Of a stretch of 64,000 bases of DNA, positions 8,985 through 19,073 are shown piece by piece. Location: positions 1 to 64,000 of the forward strand of contig CALKCF010000006.1 in assembly GCA_938083505.1 (NCBI GenBank), read 5' to 3'. Position 1 is the stretch's first letter. Each line of letters begins with the position of its first letter. Made by a program: the position numbers and the translations under genes. This stretch comes from an uncultured archaeon. Lineage in GTDB: Archaea > Thermoproteota > Nitrososphaeria_A > Caldarchaeales > Wolframiiraptoraceae. Below the pieces are notes generated by a model. The model did no database searches, was not told the origin of the DNA, and saw only the letters and a list, made by a program, of their open reading frames with translations.

Positions 8985-10241
8985 GTGTCATTCAGATATA
9001 GTATGGATGAAGTTTTTGAACTCGGCAGCAAGATAAGGGAGGACTTCCCGATACTAAAGAGGCTGGTGAGAGGAAAGCCCTTTGTATATCTAGATTCCGC
9101 CGCAACAACGCAAAAACCCATACAGGTAATAGAGGCCATAAAAAATTACTACGAGATGTTTAATGCCAATGTTCATAGAGGAATTTATAGCATAGCTGAA
9201 GAGGCTACGGTTGCTTACGAAAAAGCCAGGGAAAAAGTCGCACACTTCATAAACGCCAGAAGCCCTCGTGAGATCGTATTTACTAGAAATGCAACAGAAG
9301 CGATAAACCTAGTGATGTATAGTTGGGGACTAAGTAACGTACGACGAAGAGATGTATTGCTAACAACTGAAATGGAGCATCATAGTAACTTGTTACCTTG
9401 GCAAACTCTATCCAAATTAAAGGGAGCGACTCTTAAGTTTATTGGTTTTAATGAAGATGGATTTTTGAAACTTGAGGAGTTCGATAAGTATAAAAACAAA
9501 AGCGTAAAGTTATTTGCATTCACATTCGCATCTAACGTTCTTGGAACGATCAATCAAGTACGCGAACTTGTAAAATATGCTAAGAAAATGGGAGCGGTAA
9601 CGATCGTTGATGCTGCTCAAGCTGTACCCCATATGCCAGTCGATGTACAACAATTAGATTGCGATTTCATGGTATTCTCAGGGCATAAGATGCTTGGTCC
9701 GATGGGCATAGGGGTATTGTACGGAAAAGAAAGGCTGCTCGAGGAGATGAAACCTTTCATGGTAGGTGGCGAGATGGTTAAAGCTGTTAGCTTCGAAAGT
9801 TCGGAGTGGAACGACATACCCTGGAAATTTGAGGCAGGTACGCCGAACGTTGAGGGCGCGATAGGTCTGGCTGCGGCTATCGACTACCTGCAACGGTTAG
9901 GCATGGATACTGTCAGGAAGCATGAGGTTAAATTAACAGAGCATGCTTTAGATGCACTTACACGTGTAGATGGAATTACGTATTATGGCCCAAGTTCTCC
10001 AGAACAAAGATGCGGATTGATATCCTTCAATCTTAAGGGCATACATCCTCATGACCTTGCAATGTTTTTGGATAATGAAGGGATAGCCATAAGAGCCGGC
10101 CATCACTGCGCAATGCTACTTCATAACAGGCTCGGCATTACCGCATCAGCTAGGGTAAGCTTTTACATATATAATATTCCATCAGAGATAGATTTGCTAG
10201 TTAATAATTTAGAAAAGATAAAGAAAATGTTGGAAATATAA
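8985..10241 (+). CDS. sufS: Cysteine desulfurase, SufS type
   Basis: YLDSAATTQKP, SGHKMLGP (PLP Lys), RAGHHCA. Confidence 0.95.
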   Translation: MSFRYSMDEVFELGSKIREDFPILKRLVRGKPFVYLDSAATTQKPIQVIEAIKNYYEMFNANVHRGIYSIAEEATVAYEKAREKVAHFINARSPREIVFTRNATEAINLVMYSWGLSNVRRRDVLLTTEMEHHSNLLPWQTLSKLKGATLKFIGFNEDGFLKLEEFDKYKNKSVKLFAFTFASNVLGTINQVRELVKYAKKMGAVTIVDAAQAVPHMPVDVQQLDCDFMVFSGHKMLGPMGIGVLYGKERLLEEMKPFMVGGEMVKAVSFESSEWNDIPWKFEAGTPNVEGAIGLAAAIDYLQRLGMDTVRKHEVKLTEHALDALTRVDGITYYGPSSPEQRCGLISFNLKGIHPHDLAMFLDNEGIAIRAGHHCAMLLHNRLGITASARVSFYIYNIPSEIDLLVNNLEKIKKMLEI

Positions 10242-10246
10242 GACGC

Positions 10247-10684
10247 TTAAATCTTTCTGACACTGCTTTTTGCTCCACAAATATCACAGTGTAAAAACCT
10301 AAATCTTTTCTCTGCTTCAATTCTCGTATCAACGCCGCCGCAAACGGGACATTTGACAAACTCTTTCATATATATTTCGAGTAATCTTTTGATTTCATCG
10401 TTTGAAAGTTTGCCCTGAATTGTTAGCCTCTCACCCTCTACGACACCGGGCTTACCAGACTCTTTGAATATGAATCTTGCTAGATGTTGTGGATCTCTGT
10501 TCAAAATTTCAGCGAGGTGCATGAAGTTCGTTATTATTGTATGTTTACCTGTTTGCATAATGGTCGGTCTTAGCTCTAATACTCTATCACCAGACTTGCT
10601 ACTAATCGTCTTAACTTCGGTCATTATCCTTTCTAGTATCTTCAAGTAAGCTTCTTTCGTGTTAAGGTCCACCATTACCCCCAC
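10247..10684 (-). CDS. eif2b: Translation initiation factor 2 subunit beta
   Basis: TIITNF...LNRDPQH, C-terminal CPVC...CDIC zinc finger. Confidence 0.9.
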   Translation of the reverse strand: MGVMVDLNTKEAYLKILERIMTEVKTISSKSGDRVLELRPTIMQTGKHTIITNFMHLAEILNRDPQHLARFIFKESGKPGVVEGERLTIQGKLSNDEIKRLLEIYMKEFVKCPVCGGVDTRIEAEKRFRFLHCDICGAKSSVRKI

Positions 10685-10731
10685 TCCTGAGAGCTTGCTG
10701 TAAGATAAATTTAACTGTTTGATTTTGATTT

Positions 10732-12054
10732 TTAATTATTTTCTTCTAAGCTTTTTACAATCAGTATATGCCCCTCTTTGCCTATAACTAAGGCCTTACT
10801 CCCGGACTTTATCGTTGTTTGCGACTTTGCCATCCAATATTCACCTGAATATTTAACAAAACCATGCTTATCCGGTCCCAACTCGTCCACTACGTAAACT
10901 ATTTCGTTAATCATATCCTTAAGCAACGGCTTCTGTCTTCTTGCCTTTACAACTTTATACACAGCGAATAACGTGAAGCCACCTATGACGAGTACAGAGC
11001 TAACGATCGCAGCAAAGAAGACTTTGTAAAAATCTTCACTCACCAACCATTGTGCGCTACCTGATGGTATTAAAAGCAGGCTCCCAACAATCATAAATAG
11101 AAAACCAGAGCCGCCAAGAACGCCGAATCCTGGTGTGTAGGCTTCCGCTATCATAAGAACCGCACCTATTACCAGTAACAAAAGGGCCGCTATGTTAACA
11201 TTAAACCCCAACCCTATTAGACCGAGCATAAGTAGGAAAACACCAATTATCTCCGCGAGGTGGCCTGGAGCCGATATACCGAATATTAGCGCATAAAGAC
11301 CTATGAGAAAAGCCAAGGACGCGACTATCGGGTCACTTATAATATTAAGCAACATTGTCCTTAGACTCTGCTCGTAGTGATGCACTACGGCACCCTTTGT
11401 ATTTAACACAACGCTTTGACCAAGTACCTTCACATACCTTCCATCTATCTTTACTAATAATTCGTCTATTTCCGAGGCTACTACGTCTATCACACCGTAT
11501 TTCAATGCTAGTTCTTCGTTTAGGTTCAAATTTTGTATAACGAAAAGTTTTGCCGCCGTCTCGTTTCGTCCATGTATTCTGGCCCTTTCCGTGATATAAG
11601 CTGTAAGAGCATTTATCGTTTTTTCATCCTTAATGGGTTCAGAGTCGCCGAGTGGTGAGTAGCTTACGGGCTGGCATGAACCAATGAGTGTGTAAGGTGC
11701 CATTGCCGCAACGTGTGATGCCAGAAGTATAAATGTCCCCGCGGACCAGCTTTTACCCCCGGACGGATAAACATAAACGATAACCGGTATTTGGGAGTGC
11801 TCTATTGCATCCACTATTTCAAAGGTTGCTGAAAGCAAACCTCCTGTCGTATCTATAGTTATTAGTAGCACATCGTATCCGTTTGCTACCGCATATTCTA
11901 AGGCTTCCCTCACTACGTTCGATGTGGCGACCTTTACCGTTCCCTCTATTCTTACGACGAGTACTTTGAACTGCTCAGAACTGACCGGGCTTAGCTGAAA
12001 TAAAAAAAGAGCAAATAATAATGTTAATAGAATAAAAATGACATAATGCCTCAT
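10732..12054 (-). CDS. nfeD: NfeD-family membrane-bound serine protease
   Basis: DTTGG, WSAGTFI, TM region, C-terminal OB-fold GEYWMA; next to an SPFH gene. Confidence 0.9.
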   Translation of the reverse strand: MRHYVIFILLTLLFALFLFQLSPVSSEQFKVLVVRIEGTVKVATSNVVREALEYAVANGYDVLLITIDTTGGLLSATFEIVDAIEHSQIPVIVYVYPSGGKSWSAGTFILLASHVAAMAPYTLIGSCQPVSYSPLGDSEPIKDEKTINALTAYITERARIHGRNETAAKLFVIQNLNLNEELALKYGVIDVVASEIDELLVKIDGRYVKVLGQSVVLNTKGAVVHHYEQSLRTMLLNIISDPIVASLAFLIGLYALIFGISAPGHLAEIIGVFLLMLGLIGLGFNVNIAALLLLVIGAVLMIAEAYTPGFGVLGGSGFLFMIVGSLLLIPSGSAQWLVSEDFYKVFFAAIVSSVLVIGGFTLFAVYKVVKARRQKPLLKDMINEIVYVVDELGPDKHGFVKYSGEYWMAKSQTTIKSGSKALVIGKEGHILIVKSLEENN

Positions 12055-12905
12055 TCTTTAGATCCTTTCTCCTCCTTACCCATCCCTTTTATTAAACCAA
12101 CAATGCTTGCCAACGAAGACGTATCTGTTGTTGTCGTTACTACGACAAGGTTCCGCTCCCTAGCAATTTCTGTTAAAGTCTGTAACTCTCTTAAGCGTAA
12201 CGAAATGGGTTGTTCGCTATACTGTTTCGCAGCCGCCGCCAACTTCTCAGAGGCTAGCAGTTCACCTTCGGCCACGATAATTCTAGAACGCTTCTCTCTT
12301 TCTGCCTCGGCTTGTTTAGCAATTGCTCTAACCATTGTTTCGGGCATCGTTATGTCTTTTAGTGCAACCATGCTAACCTTTATTCCCCAGGGCCCCGTAA
12401 GCTCATCGACTATGTTGCTGATCTTCTTCCCAAGTTCATCCCTCTTAGTAAGCAACTCGTCAAGCTCGACTTGTCCAAGTACATCCCTCAAAGTCGTTTG
12501 GGCCAGAAGGTTTGTTGCCTGTGCATAATTCTCAACCTGGAGGACTGCTTTCGCTGGGTCGATAACACGGTAATAAACGGCAGCATCCACATCAACGCTT
12601 ACGTTATCTTTTGTCACAACCTTTTGTCTTGGAATGTCAACGACGACGGTTCGCAGATCCACTTTAATGAATTTGTCAACGATTGGTATCAAGAAAAACA
12701 GACCTGGGCCTTTAGCTCCAATAAAACGACCCAGCCTGAAGATGACACCACGTTCGTATTCCCTAACAACTTTGATAGAGGCAGATAATATTATAATGAT
12801 GAGTATTATGACGAAGAAGTATGCGATAACCTCTGCAAGACCTATCTGTAGTGTAACTATTTCCGGCAAGTTATTCACATTAAAATCAATTCTTAAAGAG
12901 AGCAT
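12051..12905 (-). CDS. SPFH/stomatin (band 7) protein; true start may be further downstream
   Basis: REYERGVIFRLGR, TKDNVSV, AQTTLRDVLG, AKQAEAERE. Confidence 0.92.
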   Translation of the reverse strand: MLSLRIDFNVNNLPEIVTLQIGLAEVIAYFFVIILIIIILSASIKVVREYERGVIFRLGRFIGAKGPGLFFLIPIVDKFIKVDLRTVVVDIPRQKVVTKDNVSVDVDAAVYYRVIDPAKAVLQVENYAQATNLLAQTTLRDVLGQVELDELLTKRDELGKKISNIVDELTGPWGIKVSMVALKDITMPETMVRAIAKQAEAEREKRSRIIVAEGELLASEKLAAAAKQYSEQPISLRLRELQTLTEIARERNLVVVTTTTDTSSLASIVGLIKGMGKEEKGSKE

Positions 12906-13013
12906 ATATAAAGTTTTTTAAAAAGCTTATAAGAACAAGTTTAATAAAAGTAATATCATGAACTTCTCGAACCAACGAGCATTTAAAAGGCAAATAAGAT
13001 GGAGGTTTGATGT

Positions 13014-14327
13014 TTGCGAGAATTCTGGATAAAAGATCCGAGCTATGCAAACGAAGGTAGAAAGAAGCTAGAATGGGCAGAAGGGCAGATGAAAGTATTA
13101 ATGAAAATAAGAGAGAGATTCCAGAAGGATAAACCGCTTAAGAATCAGAAAATAAGTGCTTGTTTACATATCACAAAAGAAACGGGCGTCTTACTAAAAA
13201 CGCTGATGGAGGGTGGTGCTCAAGTCAGTTTATGTCCCTCCAACCCACTCAGCACTCAAGATGATGTTGCGGCGGCGTTAGTTGAAGAGGGGATAAAGGT
13301 TTACGGTTTCAGAGGTCTAACTGCAAAAGAATACTATGAATGTATAGGATATGCACTCCTGCATAAGCCGACAATAACGATGGATGATGGTGCTGATTTG
13401 GTGTCAACGCTACATAAGCTAGCATACGGTATCAGAGGTGTGGATACAGAGTATGTAAAAGGAATTCTCGGAAACTTTGACGAAAGGTTGATCAATGGAA
13501 TTATCGGCGGTACCGAAGAAACAACAACTGGTGTCATAAGGTTAAAAGCTCTAGAAAGAAAAGGTATGCTGAAGTATCCGGTAATTGCCGTAAACGATGC
13601 TAAATCAAAAAACTTGTTCGATAACCCTATTGGAACTGGTCAATCAGCCATTGACGGGATTTTGAGAGCTACAAACGTACTTTTTGCTGGTAAGGACGTC
13701 GTCATCGTTGGTTTTGGTCAAGTTGGTTCCGGAATAGCTGAGAGGGCTAGAGGCTTAGGTGCCAAGGTTACCATTGTTGAGGTTGACCCGATAAAGGCTT
13801 TAAAGGCCGTAATGTATGGTTTCAACGTTGATACGTTATCAAGGGCTGCGGAGTACGGCGATATATTCATAACTGCCACTGGAAACATTAACGTTATTAG
13901 AGGTGAACATTTCGAAAAGATGAAAGATGGGGCAATACTCGCAAATGCTGGACATATGGATGTCGAGATTTCGAAGAGAGATCTAGAAATTTTGGCGAAA
14001 GAAAAGGTGGAGGTGAGTAAACTAATGACACTTTTCAGGATGAGAGACGGTAGGAAAATCTACTTACTCGGTGATGGAAGGTTGGTTAACCTCGTATGTG
14101 CTGAAGGACATCCTTCAGAGGTTATGGATCTCTCGTTCTCACTTCAGGCATTATGTGTAGAATTTATTGCAAAAAACAAGGATAAATTGGAGAAAAAAGT
14201 CCTGATAGTTCCGGAAGATATCGATAGAGAAGTTGCACGACTTAAGCTTGATACAATGAACATAACAATTGAGGAGCTTACTGAAGAGCAAAAAAGATAC
14301 TTAAATGAATGGCAAGTAGGTACGTAA
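13014..14327 (+). CDS. ahcY: Adenosylhomocysteinase
   Basis: ACLHIT, SNPLSTQDDVA, TEETTTG, GRLVNL, GHPSEVMD. Confidence 0.95.
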   Translation: MREFWIKDPSYANEGRKKLEWAEGQMKVLMKIRERFQKDKPLKNQKISACLHITKETGVLLKTLMEGGAQVSLCPSNPLSTQDDVAAALVEEGIKVYGFRGLTAKEYYECIGYALLHKPTITMDDGADLVSTLHKLAYGIRGVDTEYVKGILGNFDERLINGIIGGTEETTTGVIRLKALERKGMLKYPVIAVNDAKSKNLFDNPIGTGQSAIDGILRATNVLFAGKDVVIVGFGQVGSGIAERARGLGAKVTIVEVDPIKALKAVMYGFNVDTLSRAAEYGDIFITATGNINVIRGEHFEKMKDGAILANAGHMDVEISKRDLEILAKEKVEVSKLMTLFRMRDGRKIYLLGDGRLVNLVCAEGHPSEVMDLSFSLQALCVEFIAKNKDKLEKKVLIVPEDIDREVARLKLDTMNITIEELTEEQKRYLNEWQVGT

Positions 14328-14328
14328 T

Positions 14329-14688
14329 TTAAAACTTATCATAGTTTTCCTTAAGCCATTTTGCGACCTCCCTGAGCGTTGGGCTGCTCGAAACGTTTAT
14401 GATACTAACTTCCGGACCTTTCTCTACCAGAACTTTATCTCGGTATTCGGGCATGAGTGTGAACGATACAGACATCCAATATACCCTACCCTTTGTCAGT
14501 TCTTCTGCAAAGAACTCCATAGATGGTGATAGGGGGGTAGGTAAAAAGAGCACATCTTCAGCCCAGAAGAGAACGGCAGGTTGGCCAGGAGCGAGTACCA
14601 AACTTTGCAATAGCTCCGATAATGATTTGTATTTCATACATTCCAGTATTATAAGCTGCTGGATTGGTCTGTATATTATTTCGACCAT
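14329..14688 (-). CDS. Hypothetical protein
   Basis: 119-aa ORF co-oriented downstream of the enoyl-CoA hydratase; globular composition; no motif recognised. Confidence 0.65.
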   Translation of the reverse strand: MVEIIYRPIQQLIILECMKYKSLSELLQSLVLAPGQPAVLFWAEDVLFLPTPLSPSMEFFAEELTKGRVYWMSVSFTLMPEYRDKVLVEKGPEVSIINVSSSPTLREVAKWLKENYDKF

Positions 14689-14727
14689 ATCAAAGTCTCA
14701 CCCATTATTCCTAAAAAATATAATGTT

Positions 14728-15534
14728 TTATTCCCCTGTAAAGTTTGGCTTCCTTTTGCTTAAAAATGCTGATATGCCCTCGACGGCATCTTTTGTCGCG
14801 AATAACGTTGCAAAAGAGGCTGCCTCAAACGCTAACCCTTCTTCAAGAAGAGCACGATGTGAGAAACCAATCACATTCTTTATCATCATAATAGCTATTG
14901 GTGGTGCTTCAGCCAATTTTTGGGCTATCTTTATTGCTTCCTCGTCCAGTTTTTCGGGTTCCACAACACAATTTATTAACCCTATTTTTAGCGCATCTTC
15001 ACTCTTAAGCCTTTCGCCAAACATCATAAGTTCCTTCGCTTTAGCCTCACCTACAATTCTTGGGAGCCTCTGCGTTCCACCACCCCCTGGGATTATTCCT
15101 AATTTTATCTCAGGTAACCCTAGCTCCGCTCTATTACTTGCAATCCTCAAATCACAACCCAAAGCCAATTCGAGTCCGCCACCTAATGCGTAACCATCAA
15201 TGACTGCTATAACGGGTTTTGGGAATTTCTCTAACATGTTAACAACATCCTGCAATCTTTTTGAGATATGTAATGCGTCCAGCGGCCTTATATTTATGAA
15301 CGTTGAAATATCAATGCCTGCACTAAACGACCTACCCTCAGGATTTCCTTTTATAAGAACAACCCTTACGTCTTTATCTACTAATAGTTCTTTAAGCACG
15401 TTTGAAAGTTCGTCTAACATCCTCAACGATATCGCATTTAGCTTTTCTGGCCTGTTAAGTATAATCCACGCAACAGGTGGCTCTCGAAAAACTCTTATTT
15501 CCTGTAAATTTTTATAATCACTGGGTATATTCAT
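14728..15534 (-). CDS. Enoyl-CoA hydratase/crotonase; possibly the C-terminal half of a frameshifted bifunctional enzyme
   Basis: LNRPEKLNA, FSAGID, ALGGGLELA, LPEIKLGIIPG. Confidence 0.9.
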   Translation of the reverse strand: MNIPSDYKNLQEIRVFREPPVAWIILNRPEKLNAISLRMLDELSNVLKELLVDKDVRVVLIKGNPEGRSFSAGIDISTFINIRPLDALHISKRLQDVVNMLEKFPKPVIAVIDGYALGGGLELALGCDLRIASNRAELGLPEIKLGIIPGGGGTQRLPRIVGEAKAKELMMFGERLKSEDALKIGLINCVVEPEKLDEEAIKIAQKLAEAPPIAIMMIKNVIGFSHRALLEEGLAFEAASFATLFATKDAVEGISAFLSKRKPNFTGE

Positions 15535-16705
15535 AAAAACCCCTGTGTGTCTTTACACCAAGCTTGTTATTCGCTACCATATTCTCTAGAAGGGGGTCAG
15601 GATTATAATATTCACCGTACTTCAATTGTTTTGTTCTTAAAACCTGTACAATTACATCTATCCCCCATCTATCAGCCATACGTAAAATCCCCTCCGGAAA
15701 ATTTAACCCCAATATAACCGCTTTGTCAAGGTCTTCTTTCTCAACTACGTCATTCCTTAACAACCAAGCGGCAGCATTCACTGCTGATGCAAATATCTCC
15801 TTTAGATCGACATTATCTGCAAGCTCTGGAGGAATCTTTGGTCTCTCCCACAAACCTCCACTATAAGCGTAGAATCCCTTACCGCTCTTTCTTCCATACC
15901 ATCCGTTCTTATAATATTCTTCAAAAAGCGGAGACACAATAACGCCTTTATCCCTATCCTGTATCGCTTTACCCGCAGAGTAAAGGATGTCGATACCAAC
16001 GTAATCTGATAACTCGAATAGGCCCATAGGGAGCTTGGCTCTATATTTAACTGCCGAATCAACTTCTAGTATTGAGGCCTCACCTCGGTGCACCATCCAA
16101 GCGGCTTCCTGAATGAGGGCTTCCAATATCCTGTTTACGATGAAACCCGGTACATCCTTCTTACAAACTACAACCTGCTTGCCTAAAGTTTTAACGAAGT
16201 TCAGAATAGAATCCAAAGTTTGTCTTGACGTTTTATCACCGCACACTATCTCAACCAACGGCATGATAACAGGAGGGTTGAAGAAATGTATGCCAAGTAC
16301 TTTATCTGGTCTTGAAGTGACCGCTGCTATTTCAGAAATTGGTAAAGAGCTTGTGTTCGTACCCAAAATTGCTTCCGGACGTGCCATTCTATCAATCTTC
16401 GAAAAAAGCTCTCTTTTCAATTCTAAGCTTTCGGGTACTGCCTCTATTATTAATTCAGAATCCTTTACTGCTTCTGCCAAGCTTGTTGTTGTCTTAATCC
16501 TATTAAGCGTCGATGTTAAGTCCTCCTCGCTCAATTTTCCTTTTTCCGCCATCTTTCGTAAACTCCAAACTATCTTTTTAGTGGCTTCCTGAAGTATCTC
16601 CTCACTTACATCACAAAGAAAGACAACATACCCGTTAAGTGCAACAATTTCGGCAATCCCATGTCCCATAATGCCTGCTCCAATGACTGCGATCTTTTTA
16701 AACAT
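15518..16705 (-). CDS. 3-hydroxyacyl-CoA dehydrogenase
   Basis: GAGIMGHG, IEAVPE, NTSSL, HFFNPP, PGFIVNR; duplicated C-terminal domain ending GFYEY. Confidence 0.92.
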   Translation of the reverse strand: MFKKIAVIGAGIMGHGIAEIVALNGYVVFLCDVSEEILQEATKKIVWSLRKMAEKGKLSEEDLTSTLNRIKTTTSLAEAVKDSELIIEAVPESLELKRELFSKIDRMARPEAILGTNTSSLPISEIAAVTSRPDKVLGIHFFNPPVIMPLVEIVCGDKTSRQTLDSILNFVKTLGKQVVVCKKDVPGFIVNRILEALIQEAAWMVHRGEASILEVDSAVKYRAKLPMGLFELSDYVGIDILYSAGKAIQDRDKGVIVSPLFEEYYKNGWYGRKSGKGFYAYSGGLWERPKIPPELADNVDLKEIFASAVNAAAWLLRNDVVEKEDLDKAVILGLNFPEGILRMADRWGIDVIVQVLRTKQLKYGEYYNPDPLLENMVANNKLGVKTHRGFYEYTQ

Positions 16706-16826
16706 AACTTCTGTTATCGTAGTTGACGAATATAAGGCTTTTAGGAAATTTAAATTTTTAATTTTTCTGTAAAAAATTAAAAATTGTTATATACTTCTTT
16801 AATACTTTTTAAAAGTATAGTGAAAA

Positions 16827-17972
16827 ATGTCCGAACCTGGTGTTGTAATCCACAAAGGTTTAGAAAATATTATAATAACGGAGACGGCGCTTTCCTATAT
16901 TGATGGTGAAAAAGGAATACTGTACTATGCAGGTTACCCTATAGAGGATTTAGCACAGCATTCAACGTTTGAAGAAGTTTGTTTCCTTCTTTGGCACAAT
17001 CGGCTTCCGAGCAGAAAAGAGTTATACGACCTAAAGAGGGGCCTTATGGAAAATGCAGACATACCTTGGGAAGTAGTTGAGTTTATGAAAAAACTTCCTA
17101 AAAATGCGCATCCTATGGATGTTATGAAGACGGCAGTTTCGGCTCTCGGTCAGTATGACCCAGAACTTGAAGACAATTCTAGAGAGGCAAACCTAAGAAA
17201 GGCTATTAGGTTGCAAGCAAAGGTCGGAACCATAACGGCATACATCTACAGAATCAAAGAAGGGCTTGAGGTAATACCTCCTAACAAAAGGCTTGGATAT
17301 GCGGCAAATTTCCTATACATGATGTTCGGGAAAGAGCCTGACGAGTTGAGTAGTAGGATAATAGACATAGCGTTGATCCTTCATGCTGAACATGAGCTAC
17401 CTGCATCTACAACCGCCGCATTGGTCACGATATCCACCCTATCTGACATATACTCTGCTATAGTTTCAGGCATAGCAGCACTGAAGGGGCCGCTACATGG
17501 TGGAGCGAATGAAAAAGCTCTAGAAATGTTGAAGGAAATAAAAACTCCAGAAAGGGCTGAAGAATACATAAAGAAAGCACTAGCAGAAAAGAAGAGGATA
17601 ATGGGCTTCGGGCATAGGGTATACAAAGCATACGATCCCAGAGCCAGAATCTTCAAGGAATACTTTAGGAAATTATGTGAACAAAGAAATGAGTGGACAA
17701 TGTACCGAACGGCTGAAAAAGTCGAGGAAGTGATGATCAACTTACTTGGTAAGAAAGGTATTTTCCCAAACATAGACTTTTACTCAGGCGCAGTCTATGA
17801 TATGTTGGGTATTCCATCGTATTTATTTACACCAATATTTGCTATGGCGCGAACGTCCGGATGGACCGCTCACGTGATAGAATATCTTCAGGACAACAGA
17901 CTTATCAGACCTAGGGCTCACTACATAGGTCGGCTTGACCTTAAATACATTCCGATACAACAAAGAGAGTAG
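16827..17972 (+). CDS. gltA: Citrate synthase (citrate/2-methylcitrate synthase family)
   Basis: LHAEHE, GPLHGGAN, MGFGHRVY, PNIDFY. Confidence 0.93.
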   Translation: MSEPGVVIHKGLENIIITETALSYIDGEKGILYYAGYPIEDLAQHSTFEEVCFLLWHNRLPSRKELYDLKRGLMENADIPWEVVEFMKKLPKNAHPMDVMKTAVSALGQYDPELEDNSREANLRKAIRLQAKVGTITAYIYRIKEGLEVIPPNKRLGYAANFLYMMFGKEPDELSSRIIDIALILHAEHELPASTTAALVTISTLSDIYSAIVSGIAALKGPLHGGANEKALEMLKEIKTPERAEEYIKKALAEKKRIMGFGHRVYKAYDPRARIFKEYFRKLCEQRNEWTMYRTAEKVEEVMINLLGKKGIFPNIDFYSGAVYDMLGIPSYLFTPIFAMARTSGWTAHVIEYLQDNRLIRPRAHYIGRLDLKYIPIQQRE

Positions 17973-18019
17973 CAAATATATGTAAACGTAAAAAATAATT
18001 TAGGTTCTGCTGACATCAA

Positions 18020-18817
18020 TTGAATAGCATGTCTCCCAACAAAAAGTTAGGATTAATAATAAAATCGCCTACGGTGGCATCATCGGTAAAAGTGGTAGCT
18101 TATCTCAAGAGTCAGAAGTTTGAGTCACTATTTTTGAATTTACCAAGAAGTTTAGACGAACTTGTTGCTGAGTACGTCATGGGAATGAAGTACGAAGACC
18201 TTGTAGAAGAGGTTAGAAGACGTAGGCTTTTACCGGAGCCCGTGGAGTCTTGGTTGAAAGAATACGAACCCTTACTTAAAAGCTTGAAGGAAGAGGGTGT
18301 TGAGATTTGTACTTTTTGTTATAAAGATGACAAAGTGTTTGAACTCGAAACTAAAGCCACTATAGAGGCTGCTTTGCTCGTGCTAAGAGACTCTATAACC
18401 GGAAAGGTGAGCACAGACAGATGGTTAAAATTATTAACTTCACAAACCAACATGGCTAGCGTTATACATCGGGAAGCCGATTACATACTTGAGGAGGCGT
18501 CCAACTACGATAAAAACATATGCATAACAAGCTTTGAAGGGAGAGAATTGAAGAAATATTTGGAACAAGAAATGGAGACCTGGGTCAAGTACGTCGGTCT
18601 ACCATACCACTTTACACCGCTTGAGGTCCTCAAAAGAGAGGTACATTTAGGAAAGAAGGTCACAGAAGATAGAGTTAGACAACTTGTAAAGGAACACATA
18701 AAATTCATAAAGGAAATGGTTATACCAAAAGATTTGGATACTGCCATTTCTGAATGGACGAAAAGAATGTTATATTGGTACCCTAACATCTACAAAAGGG
18801 AAAAGGATACGTTTTAA
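18020..18817 (+). CDS. Hypothetical protein
   Basis: 265-aa ORF with protein-like composition; no motif recognised. Confidence 0.7.
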   Translation: MNSMSPNKKLGLIIKSPTVASSVKVVAYLKSQKFESLFLNLPRSLDELVAEYVMGMKYEDLVEEVRRRRLLPEPVESWLKEYEPLLKSLKEEGVEICTFCYKDDKVFELETKATIEAALLVLRDSITGKVSTDRWLKLLTSQTNMASVIHREADYILEEASNYDKNICITSFEGRELKKYLEQEMETWVKYVGLPYHFTPLEVLKREVHLGKKVTEDRVRQLVKEHIKFIKEMVIPKDLDTAISEWTKRMLYWYPNIYKREKDTF

Positions 18818-19073
18818 AAATTAAATTCAATACAAGATTTTTTTAGGTTCGATATCTTTGAGTTTGATGAAGATTTGCAGCTATCTTACTAGGAAACATC
18901 TTCTGACTTCTATGAGGAACTGTTTACTCTACAAAGAGCCTTTGGGTGCTGTTGACATCTTTCTGATACCTGTTTTATAAATGTGCATACATTTGCTATA
19001 TTGTTTCATTTAATAAGGATTTTACGCTAACGTTGATGAGTTCATAAGGTTTATAAATCGTAAGTAATGCGGC

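Noticed and set aside
14399-15193. 264-aa + strand ORF and the many other antisense ORFs in the track (e.g. 4909-5418, 48079-48675, 49387-49980)
   Set aside because: They lie opposite well-supported genes, are Ser/Phe/Ile-rich and have no motifs; these are antisense shadows.
15536-15543. G GGT TTT -1 slippery heptamer near the dehydrogenase end
   Set aside because: A -1 shift hits a stop immediately, and the crotonase is in the +1 frame.
18864-18966. C/D-box-like TGATGA/TGAGGA...CTGA pairs upstream of the AOR pseudogene
   Set aside because: No convincing internal D'/C' boxes or recognisable targets; such short motifs arise by chance.
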